Below, one piece after another: positions 43,565 through 57,675 of a stretch of DNA of 64,000 nucleotides. The stretch lies in NCBI RefSeq assembly GCF_009914755.1, contig NC_060929.1; one strand, given 5' to 3'. Position numbers and translations under genes: made by a program. Position 1 is the stretch's first letter. Every line of letters starts with the position of its first letter. The stretch is from the human T2T-CHM13v2.0 reference genome, Homo sapiens. The notes under the pieces were generated by a model. The model was given only the letters and a program-made list of their open reading frames with translations, searched no databases and had not been told where the DNA came from.

Positions 43565-43944
43565 AAAGTCAGAAAATAAATATTAACTGAGTGCCTACTA
43601 TATGTAAGGTACCACGTTTGGAGCTGGGTATACATTAAGGAACAGAGATATTCTTCCTGCCTTCATCAAGCTTACAGTCTATTGGAAATAAGATAAAAAA
43701 TAAATGAGCAAATAAATGATTATATAACTATGATTTTTGAAAAGTGTTATAATATATTTAATAATGGTACAGTGACAGAATAATAACAGGGAAATATGAT
43801 GTGTATGTAAGTGTGTGTGTGAGCATGAGTTACTTGGATAAGATGACCAGAGAGAGATTCTCCCAGGCTGTGCAGTTTAAGCTGAGGGATGAGTTAGAAA
43901 CAGAAAATCTGCAACATATAGCAAGAGATACATATAGATAAAAA

Positions 43945-43945
43945 G

Positions 43946-43980
<35 letters not shown>

Positions 43981-44061
43981 ATATATATGTGTGTATATAT
44001 GTATGTGTGTATATATATGTGTGTATATATATGTGTGTATATGTGTATATATATGTGTGTG

Positions 44062-44122
<61 letters not shown>
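43945..44122. repeat. Compound (TA)n/(TG)n + (GA)n microsatellite
   Basis: Direct reading. Confidence 0.97.
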
Positions 44123-44123
<1 letters not shown>

Positions 44124-44799
44124 AAATAATTTCAAGAAGATCATGAATACTTAAAGACCCCCTACCAATATGAAATAAAAAAAGCTAAGGGCAGAAATTT
44201 GTGTGTTGCATTATTATTTAGTACATATGTACATGATAAAAAATAACAATAAATAGCATAATAATATTATGTGTAAGAAATGAAGTTAGGTTACTCCATA
44301 TCTGAGGGGAAAGCATATCTCATATAATAGAAGTAAGAATTATACTAAATAAAGAATGAAAAAAATAAGTAAAATTCCAGTGAAGGCAAATGCAGCATAA
44401 AATTATGAAAAATAATATATATTCTACCTACATATCATTTGAAAATGTGTGGCCTGACAGAAAAAATTAACTAGCAAAACAATAAATTAAACAATAAACC
44501 ATCACTTCCTATCTTCTTATTCATTCCCTTTAGAACCCCAATTCAAACTTTCAGTCCCACCACGATCTATGGATCCCATCACTTTTTGATAGTACTCATT
44601 TTATTAGTGCCAGAGATGGGAAAAGAACTTTAGAGACTATCTTAGTTTGAGATTTAATGTTAATTTAAAGATTAAAAATTCAGAATGTAGCTTCAAAAAT
44701 TAAAAAATACAGACTAACGTATGTGGCGGTATTTTAGGGAAGCACATCCTTGGAATTCTCTTGAGTTTTTGGCAAGCCTGTTGAATAAATATGTAGGCT

Positions 44800-45060
44800 A
44801 CTTGGACGGATTCCAAATGAAACAACTAAAATGATGAAAGGAATGGCTTACAAGGACAGATTAAAGGAAAAAATATGTACGACTTCAGCATGTCAGAAAC
44901 TAAAAAAGAAACATTATGGTTTACAAATATTTGAAACATGTAAACTTGAGGAAAAACAAGAACTTTGTGTACAAGGTACACAATTATGAGTATATTAAAA
45001 GGAGAGATGAAACTATTCCCCTGGTAATAATGTTAATTGTTTTACAGTGAGAACATTTGG
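44800..45060 (+). mobile_element. Possible L3/CR1 remnant
   Basis: caactaaaatgatgaaaggaatg...acagattaaagg...tacaaatatttgaa resembles the CR1 ORF2 3' region. Confidence 0.4.
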
Positions 45061-47235
45061 ACAAATGACCCATGGATGGGCAAGAATTAAAACCGCCAAG
45101 CAGACATATTCGACATTCCTAGTAACCTAAACTATGCAGACTTCAAAATACGTAGAGGGCCATCTGAACAAGATAAAGTAGGTCAGGGAACAACTGCAGA
45201 AATCTTCCTATCCCCCAGCTGTGTTTTAAATTTAGAAGGAATTCTTCCGTGGATTTGGGGCTTTTCTCTGTAAGTGTGCTACAGTGAAAAGATTCCTCGA
45301 TTTGGATCTATAAGACCTAGTTTTGAGTGCTGATTACTTATTCTATTCTCAGTCCATGTCCTCATCTGTCAACAGGGATAATAAAAACGCCTTAGGTTGT
45401 TGTGGGTTTTAAAAGAGCTGTTTCTATGAACACATATTATATGTACTTAAAAGCATTGATCTTAATGAGATACATCAATTATTATTAAGATTGTAATGTG
45501 TCAAAAGCTGTAGGATGAAGACAGTCAAAGAGAATAATGCCTGAGACTAGGCAATTATATATCTGCATTCTGCTTAGAGTAAATCGGCTCTCCTCCAGGA
45601 TACCTTGCAGCCCTCTTAACTGGATACTGTTTTTCCTCATATAACTTCTGGGTCTGAACATGTGGTACCAGTTCCTTTGCTGCTCCAGGCCATGTCCAGA
45701 ACATTTTCCCTCCTCTCTCTCTAAAAACGCCCAGTTTTAATTTCATGTCATCTTTGCTCCTCTACCATTCCTTAGTATAAGTACTCCTGATCTCTGAACT
45801 ACACCCCGTCATTCCTTAAAGATTTCTGTTTTTGGTTTGCTGTCATCCTCCCCAACATTTCTTGGGGCACAAGATTTTGGGATTTTAATAACCACAAAGA
45901 TGATTTTTCCAACACCTGGCCATTCGGTGCCAATTTTCTTCCAATCATCATGTCTTCTACCCTCCCTGAATCATAACTTCTATAGCCATACTCTCATGTT
46001 TGTAATTACCAAAATTTTAATTACATTGGAATTATTACGATGCCTCCAAAATCTTTTTCCTCCAACCATCACTTCCTGTCTTCTTATTCATTCCCTTTAA
46101 AACCCAATTCAACCTTTCAGCCCTTCCAGGATCTATAGATGCTATCACTTTTTGATAGTACTCATTTTCTTAGTGCCAGAGATGGAAAAAAGACTTTAGA
46201 AATTATCTTAGTTCGAGATTTCATAAAGCAACAATGGTGAAATCATCCAGATAAAGCAAAAATGGGTGTAATCAACAGAGAAATTTGTAAGTGGGTAAAT
46301 ACTTCTGGAAATGCATAACCACAGAGACCAGGTTGGGAAAAACACATAAGAAGGATTAGAAATTAGAGTAGTGACCAAGAGTAGGGTCAGTAGGAATGAA
46401 GGGTGAGGAAAGGTAAAAGCTAGAAAATTCTGGTAAGAGACAGAAACTCTGAGAAATTTAAAATACTGGTAGCTGAGTAATTTCATGTGATGCGAAAATC
46501 TAATAAATAGCATTGCCAGTAGGTACTTAAAAACAGAGATGGGAATCATTAATGTTGGGATCTTCCAGGAAGTTTAATATCAGAATGTTAAAAGGGCTAC
46601 AAGCTCATATGTGAAAGTTTTTAAGGGGACGAATGATGGAGAAGAAACAAGGTTCTGAAGCCACTGAGGAAGTAAAGCATGTTATGAAGGTTAGTAATGG
46701 GCTCCAAAGGGGAAAGAAAGTGTTATGTGCTAATGGAAAGAAAGAAAGTGTTAATGTTGAGAAGCAATTTGAAATAGTTTTTGAAAAAGCAAGCAGTATG
46801 CCAACCTCTCCTTTTTATCTCTTGAGTCCAAGAACTGGAAAAAAAAAAAAAAGCACAACTATAATTACCTCAAGTAAAGTAGTACAGAAGAAAGGAGTAA
46901 AAAATAAGTTGGAATCAGAACATATAGATTCAAATTGAAACTACTTACTCCTTGAATTCCAGGTCATACAACTTTTTTGAATCTCAAGTCCTTATCTGTT
47001 AAATTAGATTAAGAATATGTTCTCTGCTTATGTTCCCTAAAGTAGAAATGTTTCCTAAAGTGGAAAATACTTATGTTTCCTAAAGTGGAAAATGCTTACG
47101 AAATTTTAACCACTCTTTTATTATTTTGGGGGAATAAATATAATAATGCATGTGGAGGTAAATTTCAACAGTTAAACAATTTACAGCTATACCAAGGAAG
47201 AAAATGACGAGGATGAGCTCATGTTAGATGGCATA

Positions 47236-47939
<704 letters not shown>

Positions 47940-48674
47940 GCATAATTCTCATTGTTTTGTAAAATACTTAAAATTATTGCAGTTTGAAGTTTTTTTAAAA
48001 AAATAAACCATATTTTGGTTGAATAATTCTTCACATAAACCAGAAAAAAAAATATTCTAATTGATGTGGTTTGAGATTATTTGGTGCTTTTGTTTGGCTA
48101 AAACTTCTTAATGGGGTTATGTGGAAATAAAATTAAATGAGGATGAGATGTAAGGCAAATTAAATATCTTCATTACACTAGGAGAAATAAAAACCTTGTT
48201 AACCTCTAAAGTCACTTTGTACTACCTGATGTATCTGAAAATTACAGAGAAAGCATGCTTCTACACATCACATTGAATAGCAATGAAACAATGTAGAGGA
48301 GCAATGAAATCCTAGAAAATTAAAATAAATCAAAAAATTGTGCTGAAATCAAACTAAATGGCAAGATTTAAAGAAAATGTATTTCAAACCACTTCCCAAG
48401 TGCTCATCTTCTTACCAGTGATGCATTCTAACACATTAACACTTTCTGACCAAATGAATGAGCATACTCTTTTATTTCTGAATGTGAAAAAAGAACTTTA
48501 CACTTTACCAACCTAAATTTGAAATTTTTAAATTATTGTCCCAAGAGAATAAGTATAATTTAATCCTTCTAAAATAATTACTAGTGAAATAATGGTTAGA
48601 CATAATGTGTGTTTTACAAATAATAAAATCATTTAACAAAATATCTCCATGATATACAAGATGTGTCACTCACT

Positions 48675-48870
48675 GAGACAGAGCATCGCCTAATAGTTAA
48701 GAGGACAAGCTCTAGATCCTAATTTTAACATGCTACTTAGTAGCTCTATGATCTCTATATCTCCATTTTCTCATTTATATTTCAATAATAATAGCACCTG
48801 CCTCAATAGTTTTGAGAATTAAAGATGATAATTAGAACAGTGGAACACATAGTATGCAGTCAATACATGT
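48675..48870 (+). mobile_element. MIR
   Basis: tagttaagaggacaagctctag...aataatagcacctgcctca...cacatagt. Confidence 0.65.
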
Positions 48871-49659
48871 TAGACTTGAAAGATATTAGAAAGAATGTAC
48901 CTTGTTAACTTATCTAAGACTCTTAATGCTGACATGATGGTGGTCCCTAAGTAATGAAAAGAAAGCAAAAAAAATAAAAACACAAAATGATGCCTGAAAA
49001 ATTACTGTTTCTAGGCCAAAATCAAATTTAGTCAGAAATGTCAGAACCTTGCACCTAAAAAAGGGAAAAATCACTTAGAAGCAGCTTTTCTTTTAATTGA
49101 AGGTTCATAACAAACACAGTTAAGTACTTTATATCCTGCCTGCACTTGAATATTATATTATCAACAGTGCTCTTGCAGGAGTGTTGAGAAATATTTTCAA
49201 AGTAGGCTCATTCTACAACACACATTATAAGGAATAGTTATGTAAGAAAGTGAAAAACACAGCTTTTAAAGTTCCTGAAACTACTTTGACCTATTTTTAT
49301 ATATAAGAGACACACTGCTGTTTAAAATGTGCAAGTACGTTTACAGGCAAACTGATGGGGGTGGGTAGCTACATTCAATTCAGTATATATTAAGTGTCTG
49401 TTTGGGTCTTCTTGTTTGTTTTGCCTGGTACTATTCTAAGCCCTAGCTCAGTAGAAAGCACAAAACATGAAACAAGAACTTGGTATATAAACATTAAAGC
49501 ACTGCGAATGGTAATTTGGTTTTTGTTTGTCTGTAAACAACATTCCAGAAAAGTTAGCGTTTATAATACAGAAGTTAAACTATAGAAAGATAAATAAACA
49601 GAAAAAATAGCATAGTTAAAATTAAAGTTCATATAGTATTTGGAAAGAAAATGTGATAA

Positions 49660-49951
<292 letters not shown>

Positions 49952-52900
49952 AAAGAGTGAAGCAGAGATGTGAGCACAGACCTAAGGCTCAGGCCTGTAG
50001 GTGGGAGACTGCTCTACATTACAGAGAGGGATCTGTCCATTTATTTCAAATAAAAAATATTCTCCAATGTTTCCACTCAATTGTTTTGGACTTTCCTGAT
50101 TGTGTCATGAGCCCATTTCATCCTGGCTGACCTCAAATAATCCCCAGAATCAGTAAAATCTAAATGGTTCCCCTGACCTAAAATACAAGAGGGGATTTAA
50201 AGGATTATTTTGCATTCCCAAAATATACCACTTTGTTAAATACCAAGCACAAACCTTAAGGAATGCATGGTGGCCTAACCCCATTTAGAGATTATCATCT
50301 TCAAATCAAGCATATATCATCTAACAAGAGATTAAAACCTTGGTCTTCCCATTTATGAAATATTATATCATATTAAATTATTTTAAGAGATCAATCATTT
50401 TGATACAAACCTGTTTTGGAAAAGATAAAAGGCAAAGCTAAGTCAATCTTCTTTCTCCATAGTAACAACCACATTCAAAAGTGCTTTAGTGCTTAAAAAG
50501 CCGTCACCTAAATTCTTGTACTTAAATCCTCCATTCTAAGTCACACACTATAAATCTGAACAATTCCTACACAGTTACTATCACTATAATAATGCATATT
50601 TTAAAACAAAATAGCAGCACATTTTCTAAAATATAACCAAATAATTGCAGGACATTTTATCTACATTGTAAGGTCTACTTCTTTTTTACAAAATTCAGTT
50701 TTGTGTCTTCTAAAACTTTATTACCTTAGAAGAAAAATAATTTTAAAATACCAACATTTTATTTGACACAACGGGAAAAGTCTTAAATAAGTACATTGTT
50801 CAGATATCTAGCTATTTCACCATTAAGCAGGTTTTCAAGCTTAAACATTTTTGACCAAGTCTTTTTTTAAATAATGTATACATTTCACTGCATTTGCACC
50901 CAAAAAATGTTGAACATCTTGCAGTGAGGCTTTCTCTAGGTCGCAAAACCAGCATTATCACCAGTTATTGCATTCTCTTATATGGTGATACACTTACCAC
51001 TCCCCACCCCAAACCCTCCCAACTGCATGTACCCAGTTTTTTGTACTGCAAAGTATCACTGCTTTTACATATACTATTCGAGTCTCCTCTTTGTCTAAAA
51101 GTTGGCATGTTTTACTGCTCTGATTAAGCCTGACCTATTACTTCATATGCTTTTCACTTTCTGGATTCAGTTTATAGAGGACCCAGAAACTTGAAAGCCA
51201 AGAGAAATAAGCTTTTCTATGATACATGATCTAAGACCTAACTATGACATCTATTTTTGTGGTCAGAAGTTTCTGATTCTTTATCCTAGGTTCTCAGCTA
51301 TGTGGTATGTGGATGAAGCTTCAAGGCAAGTGGCTTCTCCACAAGTGAAGTGGATATAAATTACTGTATACTTGATAGCTTTAGGCAGGACAGTGTGATC
51401 AAATCAAGGTGTAAAATCCTGAGTTGCTCCATGATTTAGATCCCAATTTATTTCCACTTATGTTTTAAACTTCAGGTTTGGTAGGCAGAGGTTTGACATT
51501 ATCATCTTCCTTTTCTTTCCTCACAAAAAGATAAGTTACAAGTTTCACAACGTTTCAAAGGTTTGCAATCTTTTAATAATGATGACAAAATATCACTATC
51601 AATTTTACAGTAGATGTTGTGTCCTATTTGCCATATAACAAGGAAATGAGGGAGGAGGGGAGAGGAGGAGAAAGAGACGGAATGAAGGAGAGAGAAATTT
51701 TTATCCTAGGAGAACTCTGACACAGAAAGAATGCCACTGGAAACCGACTATTTGGCACAATGTCAGTGACTGTATAAAAAAGCTCCTTAAAAGGGTATAA
51801 TGGTGAATCTGTAACATAGTTTTGAGGGCTACATCAGCAGATGCTGGAACTACAAGTTATCAGTTAAAGGTCAATTGCAATCAAAATAAATTAGTTCAAG
51901 TCCCTGACATCAATTGATGCAGAGGAGTCACATATATAGAAATTAATAACTGGCTTAAATGGGATATAACAAAGCTTTATTTATCATGACATTTGTCTCT
52001 TTTGGCCACATGACTTGTTTTATGTAGAATCTTGCAAGATCTAAAAAACATACACTTTACCATAATGACAAAAAGAGTAAATAAAAGCATTCATCTCTTT
52101 CCAGTGCAGTAGATGCATAGGAATAGTTGAGTGTGTATGTCTGTGTAAATCAATATAACAGAACTGCTATTTATGAAACTTATAGTTCATATGAAGAATA
52201 AGCTTAGAAATCGTGGTATAAATTTCATTAATAATTGTTTTACTACAAACACCTCATAGCTCTCTGTGTTTTTCCTTGGAAGGTACTTAGAAGACTCCCT
52301 CTAAAGTAATAGTTCAACCTAAGTGTGCACTTGAATGTCTGTGTTTCCAAGTTAAAATCCTATGGTAGAAGGATTCTACCTTACAATGCCCTCTTTTTTT
52401 CTTCCTCAGGGAAGCAATGAAAACTAACTAATAACATTAGTTTCGTAAAGAGTAGAAAGTTACTTTATGTGGATCTGCAGATTCACATTTATGACTTGAC
52501 TTCTTTTATTTTTCCTTTTATTTTATTTTTTCCTTTAAAAGATCTTCGTTGATTATCCTGACATCTGCTGGTGAGGGCACAGTTGATTCTAGTCTACTTT
52601 TCCCTTCAACAACTTGCTCAAATCAAAGATTTTTAGGGGTATTTTCAGTGACAAGTGGTAATACATTCAGTTTAAGTATTTATAGTACTTAAATTCTTGC
52701 TGTATCACATAGGAAACCATGAGAAATATTTTAATAATTACTTCACATTGGCAGTCATTTGACTCTGTCTATAAATACATGTTTGCTTTGATTAAGCAAA
52801 CAACATTATAATCATTACATGGACTATGATAAAAATAAAAAAATCATTTTAGAAGAATATTTATATAGTCTATAACTATAGAACATCTAAGGAAGATGCT

Positions 52901-54919
52901 AAGCGTCTTCCTTAAAACACAGAGAAGAACTGAATAATAGGAATGGCTTAGCTTTGGTTTTCTGCTTTTTAAAATAATAATGTTAATTTTCAACCTACTT
53001 AGCAAATAAAAAGTAAATGATTAACTATGACAGAAGCCATTAACACTCAACACATATTTGCAAAATTTGCTATTTTTTACTCAGTATCCAAATGTTATGA
53101 TTTACTTCTGACTTGAACTGAGTTCTGAAGCCTGCACTGTTTCTTTGGAAGAGATACAATGAACCTATTACATCCTAATCTTACTCAAAGCTATTGCACC
53201 TGCAAGTGTGTGCAGTAAACAACAAATATCAGAATTACTTTTTTAGGCTTCAAGAAACTCTCAAAGGAGGCAACTTTTAAAAAATTATACACTAAATGAT
53301 AATATATACAGTTCATCCCATTATGCAAAATCCTTCAAAAATGAAAAGTTTTAGCTAATTAAAACTTTATCTTGAAATTAATAAAATTAACAGCTGGTAC
53401 TACTAATTTAACTCTAAAAACTGTCAAGCTTTTACTTTTAATGGTATCGAGTGACCATGCTACTTTATTTTAGTCATGTATATCTTATTCCTTCCCTTTA
53501 CATTGCTATAATTTTATTAGAAGAAAAAAATCACATGTATCTAGAGAGAAAAGCAAACTTTATTAAATATTTATTTAAAATACCCTAGATTTTGAATACA
53601 TGATTTATATGAACATTGATGTCAATATATTTGAGAAAATTATGACATAGTTTTAATTTAGAAAAGTATTCAGAAATACATTTGCCTACTTTTGAAGATT
53701 TTTGCAACTTCAAGATCAAAGAAGGAAAAATAGACCATCTCAATTTTTTCCTGATGTTTAAAAATTATTTTAAGTCTTTTCCCAAAACCATATACATTTA
53801 AAACAAATACATTTTAATTCTAAGGAAACATTTCAGGAAAAATCAGAAAAACATTTTCAGAACCAGAGGAAAAAATTGTGTGTTGTATCACCACAGTGGC
53901 CAAAATATTGCAATACTGTCAAACTTTCACATGAGAATACTTCATTTTCACTTAATTCTTATTTTAATTTGATATTTCAGAATTATTTTTGTATGTTTTA
54001 CCTTGACTCTGAAGTTAGCATTTATTTTTAAGGTATAAAATTTAATGGTCAGGTAAATTAGGCAACGAAGACATCAATGTGTAATAATAATATAATAAGA
54101 TAAAAGAAACTCCTTATTTCTGTATAAATATAACTATACTAATCATAAAAGGTTAGTGTTGTTATCTGGAGTGAGACTGTTCAGGTATTAATTTATTCTC
54201 ATGTAAAATTAACTAAAAATCGCCATTGATTAAAAAAAGAAAATGCAAATGCCAATGATTCATAGTATTTAGGACATGTCTAGACATTTTTAGACAGTGC
54301 CATTTGCTTAAAGACTTCAGGCACAAACTGCAGGCACAGGGACAGATTGCATAAGATGTCACGTGCTTGCTGCAACTGTATGCATGTTATTGAATTTTTT
54401 AGAGCAACCCATACCGTGAATAATTTAATAGTTAATAAAATATTCAATCTGACTGATCCATTGGTTTAATTTTAAAATAAAGACGACTAATAAAAGGAGT
54501 TACATATCCTTATCAAATCCCAGGCATTAATGCAAGTAAATTGCAACCCATACGTAGGGAAAACACCAATTTCTAAGAGACATGAGATTAATGATTGGGG
54601 GCGGGAAGGAGTGCAAGGAAAATTCTGTGTTAGCACTGGCTTCAATAAGTTTGCCGGAAGTTTAATTGTTTGGAGCTGTCACGGAAGCTGTACTCTGCCT
54701 TCTGCAGAGGTGAGGGAGAAAAAATTAGAGAGGTGCAAGTTTTAACAGAAAGGGCTAATGCAAAATGGTCTATTTATTTTTCCTCAAGCCTTTCCCCTGT
54801 CCTCACAAGCTAGCTGGGGGAAAAAGGGAGAAATCTCCTGAAGAATATGGAGCATCCAGCTTCCCGAGCATTGTCTAAGAGAACCAGGATGGAGAGTCCA
54901 GGCAACATCTCCATGGTTG

Positions 54920-55200
54920 GCTTGTCTGGCGGAGTAAGCTGTGCCCTCGGCGCGGGTATCTTCAGGAGACAGAGCTCCTGGCTGCAGCGAGCCGGGACTT
55001 GCCGCGCCCCGGGGCTCCCTCAATCAGACCCAGCCAGGCAAGCGCGGCCACATAGGCAAGCGCGGCCACATAGGCTAGACGCACTATCTTCTCCTCTACC
55101 CCGCGCCGCCCTCCACCTCGGAGCGGGGACGTACGGTGGTGGCGGTGACACAATGCGAGTGAGTGGGTGAGTGTGTTTTCGTGTTTGGGGTGGAAACGTA
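54920..55200. promoter_or_regulatory. Secondary CpG-rich patch in intron 1 (candidate antisense promoter)
   Basis: Local CpG cluster followed by two plus-strand GTGAGT donors at 55159 and 55167. Confidence 0.5.
55040..55166 (+). ncRNA. Candidate first exon of an antisense/divergent lncRNA (EDIL3-DT-like)
   Basis: CpG patch ending in a consensus GG|GTGAGT donor. A divergent transcript EDIL3-DT is recalled at this locus, but its exon boundaries cannot be confirmed here. Confidence 0.3.
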
Positions 55201-56935
55201 GGCGGGGAAGAGAAGGAGGAGAGGGGAGTGCCTGCAGTCCTTCCCCCTTCCCTTCCTGCTAAGAGATCAAAGTGCAGAGGAAATCCAGACGGGAAATGAG
55301 AGAAAGGAAAAACAGCAGCCGTGGAAGCACTCTCTTTTTTATATCGCTGGAGACTCGGCCGAGCAACTACTGGAACCATTACCATTTCTTAACCTTTAGT
55401 GGAGTGGCTGCCTTTGCCTATTAACTGGAAGGGCACTTTGTAAACGCAGGCGAGGCACACACCTACACACACGCCTACACGCTGGGGGAAAATAACCACA
55501 TTCTGGGGGACGGAGGGAGGCCCAGGCAAGGCGCGGCCATGGATCTCTACTGCCAGAGCTGCGAGGGCATCTGGCCAGCAACACCCGGCTTCTTGGGCGA
55601 ACAGTCGCCCAAGAGTCCACAATTTTCTTGTGACTCAAATAGATGGATAGGTGCATGGATGGATGGTGCAGAATATTCATACTCTGTCTAATCTCAAGTG
55701 GACTGGAGTCAACGCATTTTTAAATCCATCTACCTTTTTTAGAGGCACAGCATTTAAAACCCTGTAGTTCACTCAGCTTTCCACTTGAAGCTGCCTGCAG
55801 AGGATTCTATTACCCGCGGATCCCTCACAAGGGGCCGCCCGCATCTGTGAGCGCAGGAGTGGCACAGCTCCCCCAGGCACAGCTCCCACTCGCCTCCCCA
55901 CACACCCTGCTGCCCCCGCTGCCCTTTTCCGGCGACTACTTCAGCCCCGGCCAGCGGTGAGACCCAGGTCAGCACAAGGGTTTGTATGGACAAGCTGCAC
56001 CTCGCAGGGGACCTGGAAGTCGCCTAAACTACTCCAGCAGGACACTCGTCGAAGTCCTGCGTTTTCTTTTAAATGCTTTTTTCTTTTTAATTTAATTTGA
56101 TTTTTATTTTTCTGTTTTTATTTTTTCGTGCAATTCACAGAAGGCATCACCCTACAAGCTCTCACAACTTTTCCGCTCCTGTGCGGGGACGCGAGGGGTG
56201 GCTTGCCCCGCACTATTCCCCATTACCAAGAGTTAACACTGGTACTCGGAGGGGGTGCGCAGCTAAGCTCCAGGCCCCTGGGGTCAGACTAGGAGAGGCG
56301 GGTTCCTGGGGTTTGCTGTAATCGATGCTGCTCCTCTGGGATGGGGAGGCAGGAGAAAGCTGAAGTGACCTGTGAGACTCCTCTCCACCTCACCCGCGGC
56401 CAAAACGCCCAGCGCCGGGTCTGGGTTTGCGAACGGCTCAGCCCAGGCCCTGCGCCAGAGCACCGCACCCGGGGGCGGACGGCCCTGCAGCTCCCCAGCC
56501 TCTTCCCGCATCAACTAGCTGACGCCCGGGCGCACTGGCTTCCCCCGCTCCCGCCCGCACGAAAGCCCTGCCCGACGTCTGCAGTCAGCATCGCCCGCAC
56601 TGCCTAGGGAGGGTTTGCGCCGAGACCCAGTGGCCGAGTGAGCCACAGAGTCGCTGGTCTTGGGGACGCTGTCTTCTACCGCTCCCCACCGTCCTCCTCT
56701 TTCCTGTATCTCACCCCGGTACCCCGCACCCTTCTCCCCGCTCGGCCCCGCGCACTCTGCTCAGACTTTACAAGCACTTTCTCGGGGCACCCAGGACTCG
56801 ACGCCTCCTCCGCGCCGCCAGCGGCGCTCGCCACCCTTGGCACGCCGGAGGGACCGCCTCCGGCCCCCTGCGCGGCGTTTCTCAGGGGACTCCCAGCCCA
56901 TCCCTCACCCAGCTGTCCGGGTCCCGACGCCTTAC

Positions 56936-57002
56936 CTTTGCCGAACTGGGGGACACCGAGGCTGAGCCCGACCAAGAGCCAGACGGCTACCGAGCGCTTC
57001 AT
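56936..57002 (-). CDS. EDIL3: EDIL3 (Del-1, EGF-like repeats and discoidin domains 3) first coding exon, encoding the signal-peptide region
   Basis: Minus strand reads gggatcATG AAG CGC ... GGC AAA G|GTAAG. The translation [22 protein letters not shown](G) matches the recalled human EDIL3 N-terminus. 67 coding nt end at a canonical GTAAG donor, A is at -3, and the exon lies in a CpG island. Confidence 0.97.
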
Positions 57003-57520
57003 GATCCCGTCTCCCGGACGTGACCCCGGCTGGTCAGGGGTCGTCGCGGAGGGCAGTGTAGCCGAGGTGGCAGCGCAGGGCAGCAGCAGACTCCGCCCCT
57101 ACTAAAGAATTCAAGAAGACGTTCTCTTTCCTCAGCGCTTTGTTAAACAAATTCTTGGAGAGGGCGAGAGTGGTGACTAAAGAGAGGAGCCTTTCCTCCC
57201 CTTTTGCCTGCGCTCCGGCGCGCGGAGGTGGGTGAGCTCCGGGGAGCCGCCGGCGGGCTCAGCCCTCCGCTGCGGGTGGGTCCCGGCAGAGGCGCGGCGG
57301 GCGGGGCGCGGGCTCCCGCGGCCGCCCCGGGTCTGCTGCGCGGGCAGGCAGACCCACCGGCAGACAGGCGGACCGGGCGCTCGGCTGTCGCTGTTCTCCG
57401 CGCGGCGGCTGCGGGGCTTCTGACTTGGAGAACAATGAAGCGTGAGCTGGAGGGGAGCGAGCGGGCCGCCGGGAGCGCACTGTGTACAAACAGAGGCGGC
57501 GTGCGTGTGAGTCTGAGCCT
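57003..57520 (-). other. EDIL3: EDIL3 5' UTR portion of exon 1 (TSS position approximate)
   Basis: GC-rich region between the ATG and the GC-box cluster, with no minus-strand ATG. The TSS cannot be fixed from sequence alone. Confidence 0.6.
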
Positions 57521-57532
57521 GGCAGGCGCGCT

Positions 57533-57570
57533 CCCCACTCCCCCGGCGCCCGCCCGCCCTCCGCCCGCCC
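57533..57570 (-). promoter_or_regulatory. GC-box (Sp/KLF/EGR) cluster with G-quadruplex potential
   Basis: Minus strand GGGCGGGCGGAGGGCGGGCGGGCGCCGGGGGAGTGGGG: overlapping GGGCGG boxes and seven G3+ runs. Confidence 0.7.
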
Positions 57571-57587
57571 TGTTATTCACTCCCCGG

Positions 57588-57675
57588 GTCTCCCCCTCCT
57601 CTCTCTCTCTTTTGCTCTCTCTCTCTGTCTCTCTTTTGCTCTCTCTCTCCTTCCTCCCTCCTCCCCTCCTCTTTC
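57588..57675. repeat. CT-rich polypyrimidine/(CT)n tract at the promoter
   Basis: About 88 bp almost exclusively C/T on the plus strand. Confidence 0.9.

Larger units (their letters stand above)
55800..57600. promoter_or_regulatory. CpG island spanning the EDIL3 promoter, exon 1 and 5' intron 1
   Basis: Abrupt rise in GC and CpG density (many CGCG/CCGG) against a CpG-depleted AT-rich background. Confidence 0.88.

Noticed and set aside
43830-44154. ORFs with [11 protein letters not shown] and ERERER runs
   Set aside because: Translations of a compound microsatellite.
56676-56935. 108-aa ORF extending the EDIL3 start codon
   Set aside because: Similarity to EDIL3 ends exactly at the G|GTAAG donor; the rest is GC-rich intron read-through.
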